Notes: generated by a model not told the origin, from the letters alone. A stretch of DNA of 64,000 nucleotides from Felis catus (GCF_018350175.1 NC_058370.1:118668001-118732000), one strand, 5' to 3'; positions 1-10,850 are shown, counted from the stretch's first letter. Numbers and translations are program-made.

Positions 1-287
1 CTTAAATTATGCTAAATTAGCCACTATTTTACAAACACAAAATGAGAGCCCAATAGCCTTCCTGGAGAGGTTGAGGGAGGCTCTCATTAAATATATGGCT
101 ATCTCCCCTGACACCCCTAAGGCTGAGATGATTTTAAAAGATGAATTTGTCACTCAATTGCCCTAGATATTCAAAGAAAATGCAAAAACTGGCTGTTGGC
201 CTTGAAGGGACCCTAGAGGAGCTCTTACAAGCTGCCAGTTGGGTATATTACAACCAAGATCAAGAGGAGAATAAGAATTTAAAACAC

Positions 288-320
<33 letters not shown>

Positions 321-540
321 CTTAGTTATGGCCTTACTTACTACATCAGATGGGACTTCCTGATGTCCTGGCACCAAGTACCATTTATATGGCCTTTCAG
401 AGCACTAAAATGAGAATGTCCTCAGAAGGGACAACCAAAATGAAAACCCCATAAGCCCTGTCTGTCCCTTTTGTGGAGACAGACAATCACTGGAGATCTG
501 AATGCCCTCGGGGACTTCTATCTGTGAGGGCTCAGATAAC
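1..540 (+). mobile_element. gag: Degenerate class I ERV gag, C-terminal part (CA major homology region and NC zinc knuckles); 5' end lies outside the window
   Basis: Frame from nt 2 reads LNYAKLATILQTQNESPIAFLERLREALIKYMAISPDTPKAEMILKDEFVTQ. After a frameshift it continues KMQKLAVGLEGTLEELLQAASWVYYNQDQEE, and HWRSECP occurs near 490-510. This resembles HERV-W/ERV9-type Gag (ENPTAFLERLREAL...FYNRDQEE). Stops and frameshifts are present. Confidence 0.9.
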
Positions 541-542
541 CA

Positions 543-1897
543 ATGTCCCTGGAAGGCACTAGCCAGGGCCTGGGGCTCTTCACAGTGGCTCCCCTAAACC
601 ATCTGTCTGTCAGAAACCCAGAGGCTCGGGTAACTCTAAATATAGAAGGGAAACTGGTTGATTTCCTTCTTAACACCAGAGCTACCTTTTCTGTCCTCCT
701 TTTCACTCCAGGACAACTATCCAAATGCAGCCTGACAATTAGAGCCGTCTTCGAAAAACTTCTAACTAAATTTTTCTCTCAGCCCCTGGGATGTATATGG
801 AAAAACCTAATTTTTTTTTTTTCATTCTTTCCTCATAATGCCAGAGAGCCTTACCCCCTTGCTAGAAAGGGACACTATAGCTAAATTAGAGACTATGGTG
901 CTACTAACCCCAGGACAGAGAAACAATTATGTGACTTTTTGAAAATTACTGGATATTGTAGGCTACAGCTACCAGGGTTCAGGAAAATAGTTTGTGTTAG
1001 GATGTCCATGGAACCACAGTAGAGGGGACGGCCATCTTGTCAGGGCAACCCAAAGAAAAGCCCCTAGTAACGTGCCAGAACGAATTGGAGGTCAACCAAT
1101 CACGGAGCGACAGCACGACCTGATGCGAAAAAGGCCCACCCGGAACTAAACCCGGAACCGCTGCAGCTTAAAAACCCCATCCCACCATACCTGGGGGTGA
1201 CTTCCCTGACTCCTCTCTCTCTCTCTCCCTGAGTCACGGAACCTCGCCCGAGACCTTAGTTCCCAAATAAAGCCTTTGACTGCTAAAATTTTTTAGCCTC
1301 TGACTCCTATCTTTACCCTGCCTTACGCCTCACCCTAACAGTTTGCCTGCTTTACCAATTATTAAAGGAGACTCAATCCCACCTATTCTCCCCCCCCCCC
1401 AAAAATAAACTGGGGTCTGATTCCTAGACACTGTCTCCAGCCCTTGGAATGGTTACAAACAGAGCAGGGCAATTACTATTCCCAAGTTCACAGAGCTAAA
1501 AGATCATTAAAGCACAGCATCAGGACTTTCATTTAGGGAGGGACAAACTTATCAAATGGCCCAAAAGATGTTTACTGAAAAAAAAAATTGTCAAGGACAA
1601 TTCTTCAAGTAGTATCAGCCTGTGAAGTGTGCCTTAGGAACAATCCTTTCAACCACAAACTTGCTCTCCCAGGCAATCAAGAAACTGGAGGCCATCCAGA
1701 AAAGACTGACCGTTAGGTTTCACTCATCTGCCAAGGTCAAAAAAATTCCAACATCTGTTGGTATGGGTTAACACTTTTACTAATCGGGTAAAGGCCTTCC
1801 CCATACAAGACGGAAAAGGCACAAAAAGTAATAAAAATTCTGCTTTATGAAGCAATACCCAGGTTTGGCTTACCTAAAAATTTACAAATTAATAATG
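543..1897 (+). mobile_element. pol: Degenerate ERV pro-pol remnants (protease, RT thumb, integrase N-half) with large internal deletions
   Basis: Protease PEARVTLNIEGKLVDFLLNTRATFSVL has the DTGA motif changed to NTRA. LCDFLKITGYCRLQLPGFRKIV (about 928-993) matches the RT thumb LREFLGITGYCRLWIPG. Integrase pieces: HQDFHLG, ACEVCLRNNP, LLVWVNTFTNRVKAFP, IPRFGLPKNLQINNG. The RT catalytic core and RNase H are absent. Confidence 0.88.
995..1340 (+). mobile_element. Solo LTR (346 bp) nested inside the older ERV pol
   Basis: Perfect inverted termini TGTTAGG...CCTAACA. 5-bp TSD GTTTG at 990-994 and 1341-1345. CCAAT about 1096, TATA-like CTTAAAAA about 1167, AATAAA about 1266. Pol homology resumes after it. 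Confidence 0.92.
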
Positions 1898-2434
1898 GTA
1901 GATGGCTGCCTTGACTCTTTCCTGTAGTAGAACTCCTGGCTCTTGGAAAACTTTTACACCTCGAAATAAAGCAAACTGTCTACTTATACTCAGCAAAACT
2001 ATAAATAACACCTCACAAGCATTAGATGCTTTAAACATTTTTTTTCAATTAAGTTAGGGCCAAACTCTCAGAAACAGAGGCACCATTAATTATTTACTGC
2101 TCCTCTATCACCTGGGTTATGAGAGATCCCCTGACATGTGTTGTCTACAATGTCAGGGTCTCTCCTAGTTATTTGTCAGGTTTGGAAACTGTAGACATTA
2201 TCTTAAGATGCCACCTTATTGGTCAGTATAATCTTTACTTTGTGTTTTTCTCTGTGTCTGCTAATGTTTATGCTGCCTCATGCCTGCCAGCCTTCCTGTA
2301 AAGCCATACTGTGGGCCACTGGACTGACCCTAACTGCTGTACCCCTACACCGTCCCTTATCAGCATGAAGAAGCCAGAACAGTCATTATCCTTGTTCCCT
2401 AACAGCAGTTACAGGCCCTGTTCCAGGGGAGAAA
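1898..2434 (+). mobile_element. env: First env TM remnant plus pre-LTR region and polypurine tract
   Basis: 2067-2144 translates LRNRGTINYLLLLYHLGYERSPDMCC, an immunosuppressive-domain-like sequence plus a CX6CC with the first C mutated. A hydrophobic stretch follows, then a HERV-W/H-like pre-LTR motif (atcagcatgaagaagccagaacagtc...aacagcagtt) and the purine tract AGGGGAGAAA at 2425-2434. Confidence 0.65.
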
Positions 2435-2526
2435 TAAATAGGGAAAGGGTGAACATTAGGCAGGAAGAGGTAAGGGACCTTCAGGGAGGCAGACTGCAGC
2501 TGCAGGTGGGAGGCTGAAGAAACATC

Positions 2527-2969
2527 TGGGGTTCTCCCCTTATGAAATCCTTTATGGGCACCCTCCCCCCATTATCCAGGGCATAAGGAGGGGATCTAAA
2601 TGAGACAGACAACCTAACCCTACGACAACAGATGCGGGCCCTTAGCTTTAGCCTAACCACCTTACACCGCTGGGTCAGGGAGCGATCGCCTGAGAATCCG
2701 ATGCAATATGGATAAAGGAGTGAAATGTGCAACACCTAAAACCCCTCAGGAGGGGCCCGTTCGCTGTCATTTTGTCCACCCCTCCTGCAGTAAATGTAGC
2801 CAACGTGGGTCCCTGGATTCACTACAGCAGAGTGAAGCCAGCGTCCCGAAACTGGGAGTGCATTCCTGATCCATCAATGCTGTGCAAGCTGACCGTACGA
2901 AAAAAAGCAATCTGCAACTCCAGAGGCTCCAGGAGACTGCAGCCCTGCTTTAGTCACTCCGGAAGTTGA
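2527..2969 (+). mobile_element. pol: ERV integrase C-terminal remnant
   Basis: GFSPYEILYGHPPP and LKPLRRGPFAVILSTPPAVNVANVGPWIHYSRVKPA, the GPY/F module of gamma-like integrases. Confidence 0.85.
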
Positions 2970-3053
2970 CTAATCTACGCACTGCAGAAGCTTGAGGAAT
3001 CGATGGTCTGATGCAACAAAAGACTGTCCTTATTTTCTATATGTTTCCTTACT

Positions 3054-4600
3054 GTGATGCACTGTCACACCTTGTTTCTCACTATTCTCGTGATTCTTGC
3101 TTTGCTCTTTGCCACAGGATTGGCTGAGGCCGCCCCGGCCGGCTGGAAATGTGGTGAGAGGTTTCTGTTAGCACTCACCTTCCTTTTGTGGATAGGATAT
3201 GTCATTGGTACCAACAAAACAATGGGGAAACAATGGCTGTAAGAGACTAGAAAAGTAGATCCCCACAAACCTTGTAGTAAAACAAAATACCCCCATCTTA
3301 CAACCAGGGTTTGGCTTCTCAAAAGCTCAATTATTGGGAAAAACTGTCTTGCTTAATGGGGAAAAAGTTCATCGTTGTCTCTGTTAAAAACTTAACATGC
3401 CTAGGCCAAAGATTCTGTAACTCAACTGCCCAAAAAACCCAGTGATGGGGGACCCAAGATCACCTTGAGCCAGATCCCCACCCCTTATCTAACCTCTCCC
3501 ATCTCCAAGAGGCCTGAGACAGTGTCAACGCGGCCATCAAATGGCGGGTCCCAGGTGGATTATACTAGACACGTGGAAGGACAGCCTACGTAGTACTTCT
3601 CTCAGTCTGGTCAGGGTCATGTGTGCTGGAAACTATTCATCCATCTTTCTTCCTGCTCCCACTTGCCAGAGGGAAACATTTGGGAGTCCAAGTGTATGGG
3701 GACAGGGAGACTCAAAGGAAGCAGCGTGCCTTACAAATTGGCAGTTAAAAAGATGATAAATGGCTCCAGAGCATATAATCCAGTATTACGGCCCTGCCGC
3801 CTGGGCAGAGGATGCGTCCTGGGGCTACTGCACTCCCATTTACGTGCCAAACTGCATCATCAGACTGCAAGCAGTTGTAGAAATTATAACCAATAAAACT
3901 GCCAGAGCTCTTCACTTACTGGCCAAGCAGCAAACGAAAATGCTCAATGCCATCTATCAAAATCGCTTGGCCTTAGATTACCTGCTTGCTTCAGAGGGAG
4001 GTGTTTGCGGAGGATTTTACCCGTGCAACTGCTGCCTACAGATAGACGATGAGGGAGGAGTCATAGAGGAGATCACAGATCAAATAAAAAAGGTTGCTCA
4101 CGTCCAGTCCAGACCTGGAACTGTTGGAACCCTGGGGAGTTATTTGGAGGATGGTTTTCAACTCATGGGGGATTCAAAACCCTCATAGGAATTATCCTCT
4201 CATTTTGGGAGGGTGCTTAATCTTCCCCTGCTTAGCTCCCTTGGTTGTACGGTCTGTCTCCAGTCTCAATGAGGCCATGATTTAAAAAGGACGGGGGCAC
4301 CCGGGTGGCTCAGTCGGTTAAGCGTCCCACTTCGCTCAGCTCATGATCTTGCAGTCCGTGGGTTCGAGCCCGGCATCGGGCTCTGTGCTGACAGCTCAGA
4401 GCCTGGAGTTCACTAGTTTCAGATTCTGGGTCTCTCTCTCTGTCTGCCCCTCCTCTACTCATGCTCTGTCTCTCTCTCTCTCGCTTTCAAAAATAAATAA
4501 ACATTAAGAAATTTTTTTTAAATAAAATAAAAAGGACGGCCACTCATGTAATAATGTTATAAAAATATAAACCTCTAAACCAAGATGATGGTCTTAGACC
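3054..4600 (+). mobile_element. env: Degenerate ERV3/HERV-R-like env (SU C-terminus, TM), interrupted by a SINE
   Basis: Furin-like RETQRKQR about 3705-3728, then [97 protein letters not shown] (ISD plus CX7CC as in ERV3-type env). TM anchor ILGGCLIFPCLAPLVV. Multiple stops and frameshifts. Confidence 0.9.
4293..4527 (+). mobile_element. Can-SINE inserted in the env tail
   Basis: tRNA-like head GGGGCACCCGGGTGGCTCAGTCGG, CT-rich body, A-rich tail; TSD TAAAAAGGAC at 4283-4292 and 4528-4537. Confidence 0.95.
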
Positions 4601-4634
4601 CAAAATACAGGGGTCCGAGCATCAAAGGGGGGAA

Positions 4635-4972
4635 TGTGGTAAGGTCCCCTCCATAAGGAGAGAAAAAAAAAGAAGAGAGAAAAGAAAAACAAAACAAAAC
4701 AAAAAACTTCAAGGTAACCTGGTTATGTGCCTATGTGACAACATCCCTCACGACCTTGTAAACTGAGACTACTGAATCAGACTACCTGTTTGTGTGTGTT
4801 ACCATATATGGGAGACAAAACAATAAAAAATGTATGAAAAACTATGCCACGGGACATTTGGGGCTCAGTTCTTCGGATACGAACCCAACTGAATGGTGCC
4901 GGCAGGAATAAAGTTGCTTCCTGGAAAGAAAAGCCTCCGTGTCACAACTTGCTGTGGGAGAATCCTGGTACA
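4635..4972 (+). mobile_element. 3' LTR of the ERV
   Basis: Polypurine tract AAAGGGGGGAA 4624-4634 immediately followed by TG (TGTGGTAAGG). AATAAA 4907-4912. Probable end ...CTGGTACA at 4972 (approximate). Confidence 0.8.
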
Positions 4973-5066
4973 ATGCTATTTTGACCTTTAAAAACAGAAC
5001 AGAGAAGGAGAAGGAACAGTTGGTTAGGGAACCTAGAGAAGAAAAGTGTTTCAAGAAGGTCAAAGT

Positions 5067-5209
5067 TGGGGCACCTGGGTGGCTCAGCTGGTTAAGCGTC
5101 CGATTTCGACTTCAGGTTGTGATCTCATGGTTCATGAGTTCGAGCCACCCTCACATCAGGCTCCACACGGATATTGTGGAGCAGGCTTGGGATTCTCTCT
5201 CTCTCCCTC
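5067..5209 (+). mobile_element. Can-SINE (runs into N gap)
   Basis: GGGGCACCTGGGTGGCTCAG head and SINE body. Confidence 0.9.
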
Positions 5210-5769
5210 NNNNNNNNNNNNNNNNNNNNNNNNNNNNNNNNNNNNNNNNNNNNNNNNNNNNNNNNNNNNNNNNNNNNNNNNNNNNNNNNNNNNNNNNNNN
5301 NNNNNNNNNNNNNNNNNNNNNNNNNNNNNNNNNNNNNNNNNNNNNNNNNNNNNNNNNNNNNAGACTAAGGAAAATGAGGAACCGACCCAAATCGGTGATA
5401 ACCTCATCTCCAAGATGGAGAAGATCTGATGAGGAGGCCCCTTGCCAGCATCCCTGCCCCCTGTCTATCTGTCTGACTGTGCGTCTGTGGAAGGTTTCGT
5501 GTTCTTTTGCTTAACCTCAGCTCATTTTTAAACTAGATTGCTTTAACAAGAAGACTAAAAAGAGTTTCCCTTCAGTCCAAAAAAAAAAAAAAAAAAAAAG
5601 GCTGTGGAGCTTGCTTGGGATTCTCTCTCTGGCTAGTTAGCTCAGCATGTAGAGCATGCGACTCTTGATGTCGAGGTCCTGGGTTCAGGCCCCACATTGG
5701 GCATGGAGCCTACTTAAAACAACAACAATAATAATAACAGGACAGAATTGTCAAACGAGTCAAATGATA

Positions 5770-7130
5770 CTTAAAACACTAGGGTGAGGCCATAGAAACG
5801 AACATCAGATTTGGCAAAAAAGGAGGCTATGAATGACCTTACCGGTGCAGTTTTATTTGTGTTTATTTTTATTTATTTATTTTAACATTTATTCATTTTT
5901 GAGAGATGGAGAGAGACAGAGCATGAGTGGGGCAGGGGCAGAGAGAGAGGGAGACACATAATCCAAAGCAGACTCCAGGCTCTGAGCTGTCAGCACAGAG
6001 CCCGATGTGGGACTCGAACCCACAGACCTCGAGATCATGACCCGAGCTGAAGTTGGATGCTCAACCGACTGAGCCACCCAGGCACCCCATCAGTGCAGTT
6101 TTAGAGGTAAGAGGGAGATATACGTTAGAGTGAGTGAATGAGGAAAGACAACTGAGAGTATTTTTTTTAAAGGTTTGCTATGCACTGGAACAGGGAAGTG
6201 TGGTCATAGCCAGATGGGGCTATGAGGTCAAAGAAGTTTTTTTAATGGAAGGTGTTATCCTGAGAGAGTGTTTGTAGGCTGATTTAAATGGGAGAAATGA
6301 CCCAGGGATGGAAAAATCTAAGGATTCAGAAGGAGGCGGAGGGAATATTTTTAGAAGTGAGGCCCTCCTAAGGGCAAAAGGGGGTGGGACCTTGGTCCAC
6401 ATAGAAGGCACATTGTGTATCGGGAGCGTGGGCACACAGCTGGAAATTGGTAGGTGTGGTTGTTGGTATGATGACGGAGGGGTTCCTGCCTGATGGTTCT
6501 TGCTTTCTCCACGAAGCCATGTGGTGAAGGTAAGCTGGGAGGTCTACGTGGAGAAAAGGAGTGGGAAATAAGTGTGTTAGAATGTGGAAAGTAAACACAC
6601 TGGGGAAAGTTGCCACACAGTGTTGAGTTGCCCATCTGAGACTCATGGTGAGAATTTCAAGGGAGGCCACTGACTAAACGGTGTGTTCATCTCCCGCAGT
6701 GTTCAGGCAAGGATTGGAGTAGAAAATAGTACAGGGTCAGGGTGTTGCCAAGCAAAAACAGCAGAAGGGGGGCAAGGGATAGAGGTATTTGCAAGGGAGC
6801 AATCACAACGAACAGAGGATCCGAGATGAGTAAAGAGGAAGTGAGGACGTGAGGGCAGATGGTTAGCATATGAGTCATAGGTTTCGGTAAGGTTCAAGAT
6901 ATACTGGACTGCATGCTCCAGCCTAAGCAAGACGGAGGATAGGCGATAAGGATCAAAATATCAAGTCAGAATTCTGGAAATAGGGAGTTTGGAGGCGGTG
7001 CAGTTATTGGTGATGAAATGGTAAAGGGCATGACCGTACACGTAGGTGGCTGAAGCAAAATAATACGACATTGCATTTGCGGAAGTGAGGAGCCGAGATC
7101 CCAAGGATGGTTGATGCCGCTGGGCGGAAC
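5770..7130 (-). mobile_element. Ancient LINE-2 remnant, interrupted by a minus-strand Can-SINE at about 5860-6088
   Basis: Purine-rich plus strand with L2-like phrases (gatttggcaa...ggaggctatgaatgaccttaccggtgcagtttt; gagtgagtgaatgagg); no intact ORF. Confidence 0.6.
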
Positions 7131-7700
7131 CCAAACTGTGGCACAATTTAGAATTTATGCATTAGGAAAATCTTATGAGAGTACTCTGGCTTACAGGGTA
7201 AATAAAAATAGGTTTCTGAATAATGGCTTGTATTCTGCCTTGTTTCGACACAAATTTAAATGGTGTGAACCATTTAAACCAATGGTGAGGTAGGACAATT
7301 ATACACCATGAGGGATTTGGGGTGGGGAGGATAGGTGGTCTGGGTTTATAAGGATTCATAATGGTTGGTACAGCCCGCCGGAGGAAGAACACTGAAAAAT
7401 CATGGCCCATCAAGCAAGGTCTTGGCTCAAGTTGTTTTGCTTACAAATTGCATAACTTTCTCGTTCCTTTGCTGGGCAAGCTCTGCACACATGTTTGCCA
7501 TCTGGTTAAAGAATCAGCCCTCACAATGACGTTATTAAACACAAATGTACACAATGGTGGCCATGGCAACGGCAGGCAGGGCACCTGTGGAGTTAGATGT
7601 TCTCAAATTTAGTTTCCTCAACAACTTACCTGAAGAGGGGCACGAAGACGTTAGGAAAGATGCCATTTTCCCGTGCACATCCACGGGGGCAAAAAAGTCG

Positions 7701-7930
7701 AGGGGCACGGAGGTGGCTCTGGCGGTTAAGTGTGGGACTTCAACTCAGGTCATGGTCCCGCAGTTCCGAAGTTCGAGCCCCACATCAGGCTCTGTGCTGA
7801 CAGCTCAGAGCCTGGGGCCTGCTTCGGATTCTGTGTCTCCCTCTCTCTCCTCTGCCCCTCCCCTGCTCGCGTGCTCTCTCTCTCAAAAATAAATAAACAT
7901 TAAAATAAATAAATAAGCAAATAAATATAT
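7701..7930 (+). mobile_element. Can-SINE
   Basis: SINE head/body and (TAAA)n tail. Confidence 0.9.
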
Positions 7931-8195
7931 ATTTAGGGGCCAGAGAGTGTTCATGTTTGGCGCGAACCTAACTGTCCTCCTGGCAGGCACACTAATAGAC
8001 ACCCAAGATGCTCTGCTCTCTTTGGCCCTAGCTGATTTCTGTAACCGTGTCAAGACGTCATGGACAACCAACTGAGGCTATGAGGATCCGTGAAACTTGT
8101 CGCAGCCCTCAGGTTCCCTATTTAAAACGGGAGTGATGTTCAATGCATTCCTGGTCAGGAGGCAGGGCAGATTCCGAAAGAATCAAACCTTGGCT

Positions 8196-8770
8196 GTCCT
8201 ATCAGTCAGGGTCCAGTCAAGAACACAGAAACCAGTTAACAGAGAAAATTTATTACAAGGGCGGCAAAAGCCGAAGGGAAATGCCAAGAAAACACAGGTG
8301 GCCACGGAAGGAAGCTCCTGGACGGGTAGCGGTTAACAAAGGGCTAAGAGTTACAAGTTTACTAGAACCCGGAAGCTTAGAGGAGGAGCCTGGGAGAGGT
8401 GGAACTCAGACCGCGGAAGAAGGAGTGCTGGAGCGTTGGTGGTGGTATCTTTAAGGGGCACAATGGAGACTAGTCGTAGGGAGGGTTCAAGCTGGCAACT
8501 CGAACCTAGCGCGGCGCCTGAGGCGGCCGGGGACTGGGTAGGGGGGAAGGGTAGCGGGGCCGGGGGTGGGGAGAGCTGTTGCCACCACTACACTCTGGCG
8601 TGGGTCGCAAGTCCATTCCCGCTTCCCCCGCCCACTTTGCAGGTTTCCTCTAGCACCCCCTGTTGGCGGACTTTAACAAGGAGCCAGCTGGCAAAGACAA
8701 CTGAGCTGCAAGGAGGCCAGTCCCGGCAGCTACGGGAAGCGAGTACAGGTTTCTAGTTTGGGGCTCTTAC
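8196..8770. mobile_element. Old ERVL-class LTR (LTR41/LTR33-like), CpG-rich, carrying a CTCF-like motif
   Basis: Starts tgtcctatcagtcagggtccagtc (ERVL/MaLR-type terminus) and contains tagcaccccctgttggcggactttaacaaggagccagc. Family assignment from memory. Confidence 0.5.
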
Positions 8771-9393
8771 ACATAATGCTGTTACGAGCATTCTTGTGTG
8801 CTCGTATTTTGGGTGTGTATACCAAGGAGTGTTCTTGCTGGATTTAATAGATACAGATAATAACTGTTCTGGTGATTGTGAATTGTGATTTCAATATGCG
8901 TATTTCTTTTTCTTCCCCCCCCCCCGCCCCCCCCCCCCCCCCCCCCCGCCTCGGGTGCGAAAACATGGTTTTATTCAGGACCCGTGGGCAGAAAGAGCTG
9001 CTTCAGTTTGCATGTTTCTAATTACTGTTGAAGTTGGCCATCTTTGACCATTGGGATATCCTCCCTAATTAGAAAGTATCTTCGTGGGGCGCCTGCCTGG
9101 CTGGGTCCGAGGAGCCCACGACTCTTGATGTCTGGGGTCCTGGGTTGCAGCCCCACAGTGGGGTGTAGAGATTAGTTACATAAATAAAACTTTTAAAAAG
9201 GTTCCTCATTGGGAGGCCTGGCTGGCTCAGTTGGTGGAATATGGGACTGTTGATTTTGAGGTTGCAAGTTGAAGCCCCACTTTTGTTTTGTTTTGTTTTG
9301 TTTTTTTAAGGTGCATCGTGAAGTCTCTAGCCTATTTGCAGTTGGATGGTCCGGCTTTTTCTTATTGCTCTGTGGGGATTTTTAATATACTCT

Positions 9394-9825
9394 TGATGAA
9401 ATTTGAAGTGGGGTTCGTGAGCAAACGGCTAAGATAGAATTCTTGAGATGTCTTTAGGGCAAAAAGGTGATTTTATTAAAGCACGGGGACAGGACCCATG
9501 GGCAGAAATAGCTGCCCTGGTGTTGTGAGGAGGGACTGATTATGTAGTTTTAGGTTTGGGAGAGGGGTAGAGATAAAGTTAGTTTCCAAGGAATTTCTGG
9601 ACGCTGAAAGCAGGGTCTCAAAGGACCCTGAAGATTTAGCTATTGTCAAGATAAGGTTGCTTTTAGTTTTTTAAGGGAGTGTAAACATTAAGGCATTAAG
9701 GCAGCCATACACGTCTTGGGAAGTATTACACGCTGCATGCAGGTCTCTGATATCTATCAGTGGGCTCCAGGCTGTAAGGGAATTTAATTTCAACTACGTT
9801 TTTCTTGACTTTGTTTCTCTCATCA
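9394..9825 (-). mobile_element. Carnivore ERV solo LTR
   Basis: Inverted termini TGATGA...TCATCA, minus-strand AATAAA about 9473-9478, and clear similarity to the LTR at 39999-40569. Confidence 0.8.
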
Positions 9826-10620
9826 TTGGTATAAACCCTTTTGATTATATGCATTGCAAATATCTGCTCCCAGTCTGTGAACTTGTCTTTTTCACTCTCT
9901 GAACTGGTGTCTTGTGATGAATGGATGTTCTTAAGTTTATGTGGTACAACTTTACATTTTTTCCTTTAGGGTTAGGCTGTTTTTTCTTTAAACAGTATCT
10001 CCTTATTCCAGATCCATGAATATAGTCTCCAAAGTCTTCTTTTTCTATTTTTCATCTCTTTTCTTTGTCCGTATGTCCTGAATTATGAGTAGTTTCTTTA
10101 TATGTATTTTCTAATTTACTTGTTCTGTTTTCAGCAGTTTCTAATCATCTGCTGGGTTTCTAATTAAAATATTGTATTTTTAAAAAAATAAAATACTATA
10201 TTTTTAATTGCGACAAATCATGATTTTCCCCAATTTTGCCTGTTCATTTTTAGTTTGTTGTTCCTGGATTGTCTTTTCAAAATACTCGTTATTTCTTTAA
10301 ACACAGGAAGCATGTCTAATGGGTATGATGTACCTAAACATTACAGTATCTTCAGTCATTGCAAATGTGATTCTACAGTTCAGTGTTTCTGCCATCATTG
10401 GCTTATGGGGGCTTATGTTTCTTTCAGATGTTTATAACTGCTATGCGCCCAAGTTTGTTAGAATTTTATTCATGGGAATCCTTCGAAGGCTAGACTTAAA
10501 GGATATTCTTCCACAGAAGAATTGTACTTGCCTGTGCCTAGAAACGCTCCTAAATTGAGACTCATGAAAATTTTTGGCATTTTTTGCCCCCAAAGTTTGA
10601 GGGCTTAGAAATCTCTGGGA

Positions 10621-10850
10621 AGGGGTGCCTGGGTGGCTCAGTCAGTTGAGCAGGCAACTCTTGATTTTGGCCCAGGTCATGATCTCACCGTTCGTAGGTT
10701 CGAGCCCCACCTCGAGCTCTGAGATGACGGTGAAGAGCCTGCTTGGGATTCTCTCCCTCTCTCTGTCTCTCCCTCTATTCCTCCCCCACTCGCTTGTGCG
10801 CACCTTTCTCTCTCAAAAATAAATTAATGAACATGAAAAAAAAAAAGAAA
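10621..10850 (+). mobile_element. Can-SINE
   Basis: SINE head, body, A tail; TSD approximately agaaat(c/t)tctgggaag. Confidence 0.92.

Noticed and set aside
3760-4188. Env ORF as a domesticated syncytin-like gene
   Set aside because: Only a 142-aa fragment; stops and frameshifts upstream and downstream, SINE in the tail.
4939-5514. ORFs spanning N runs (also near 28.0, 36.6, 37.4, 41.2, 54.2 and 62.3 kb)
   Set aside because: Length inflated by assembly gaps.
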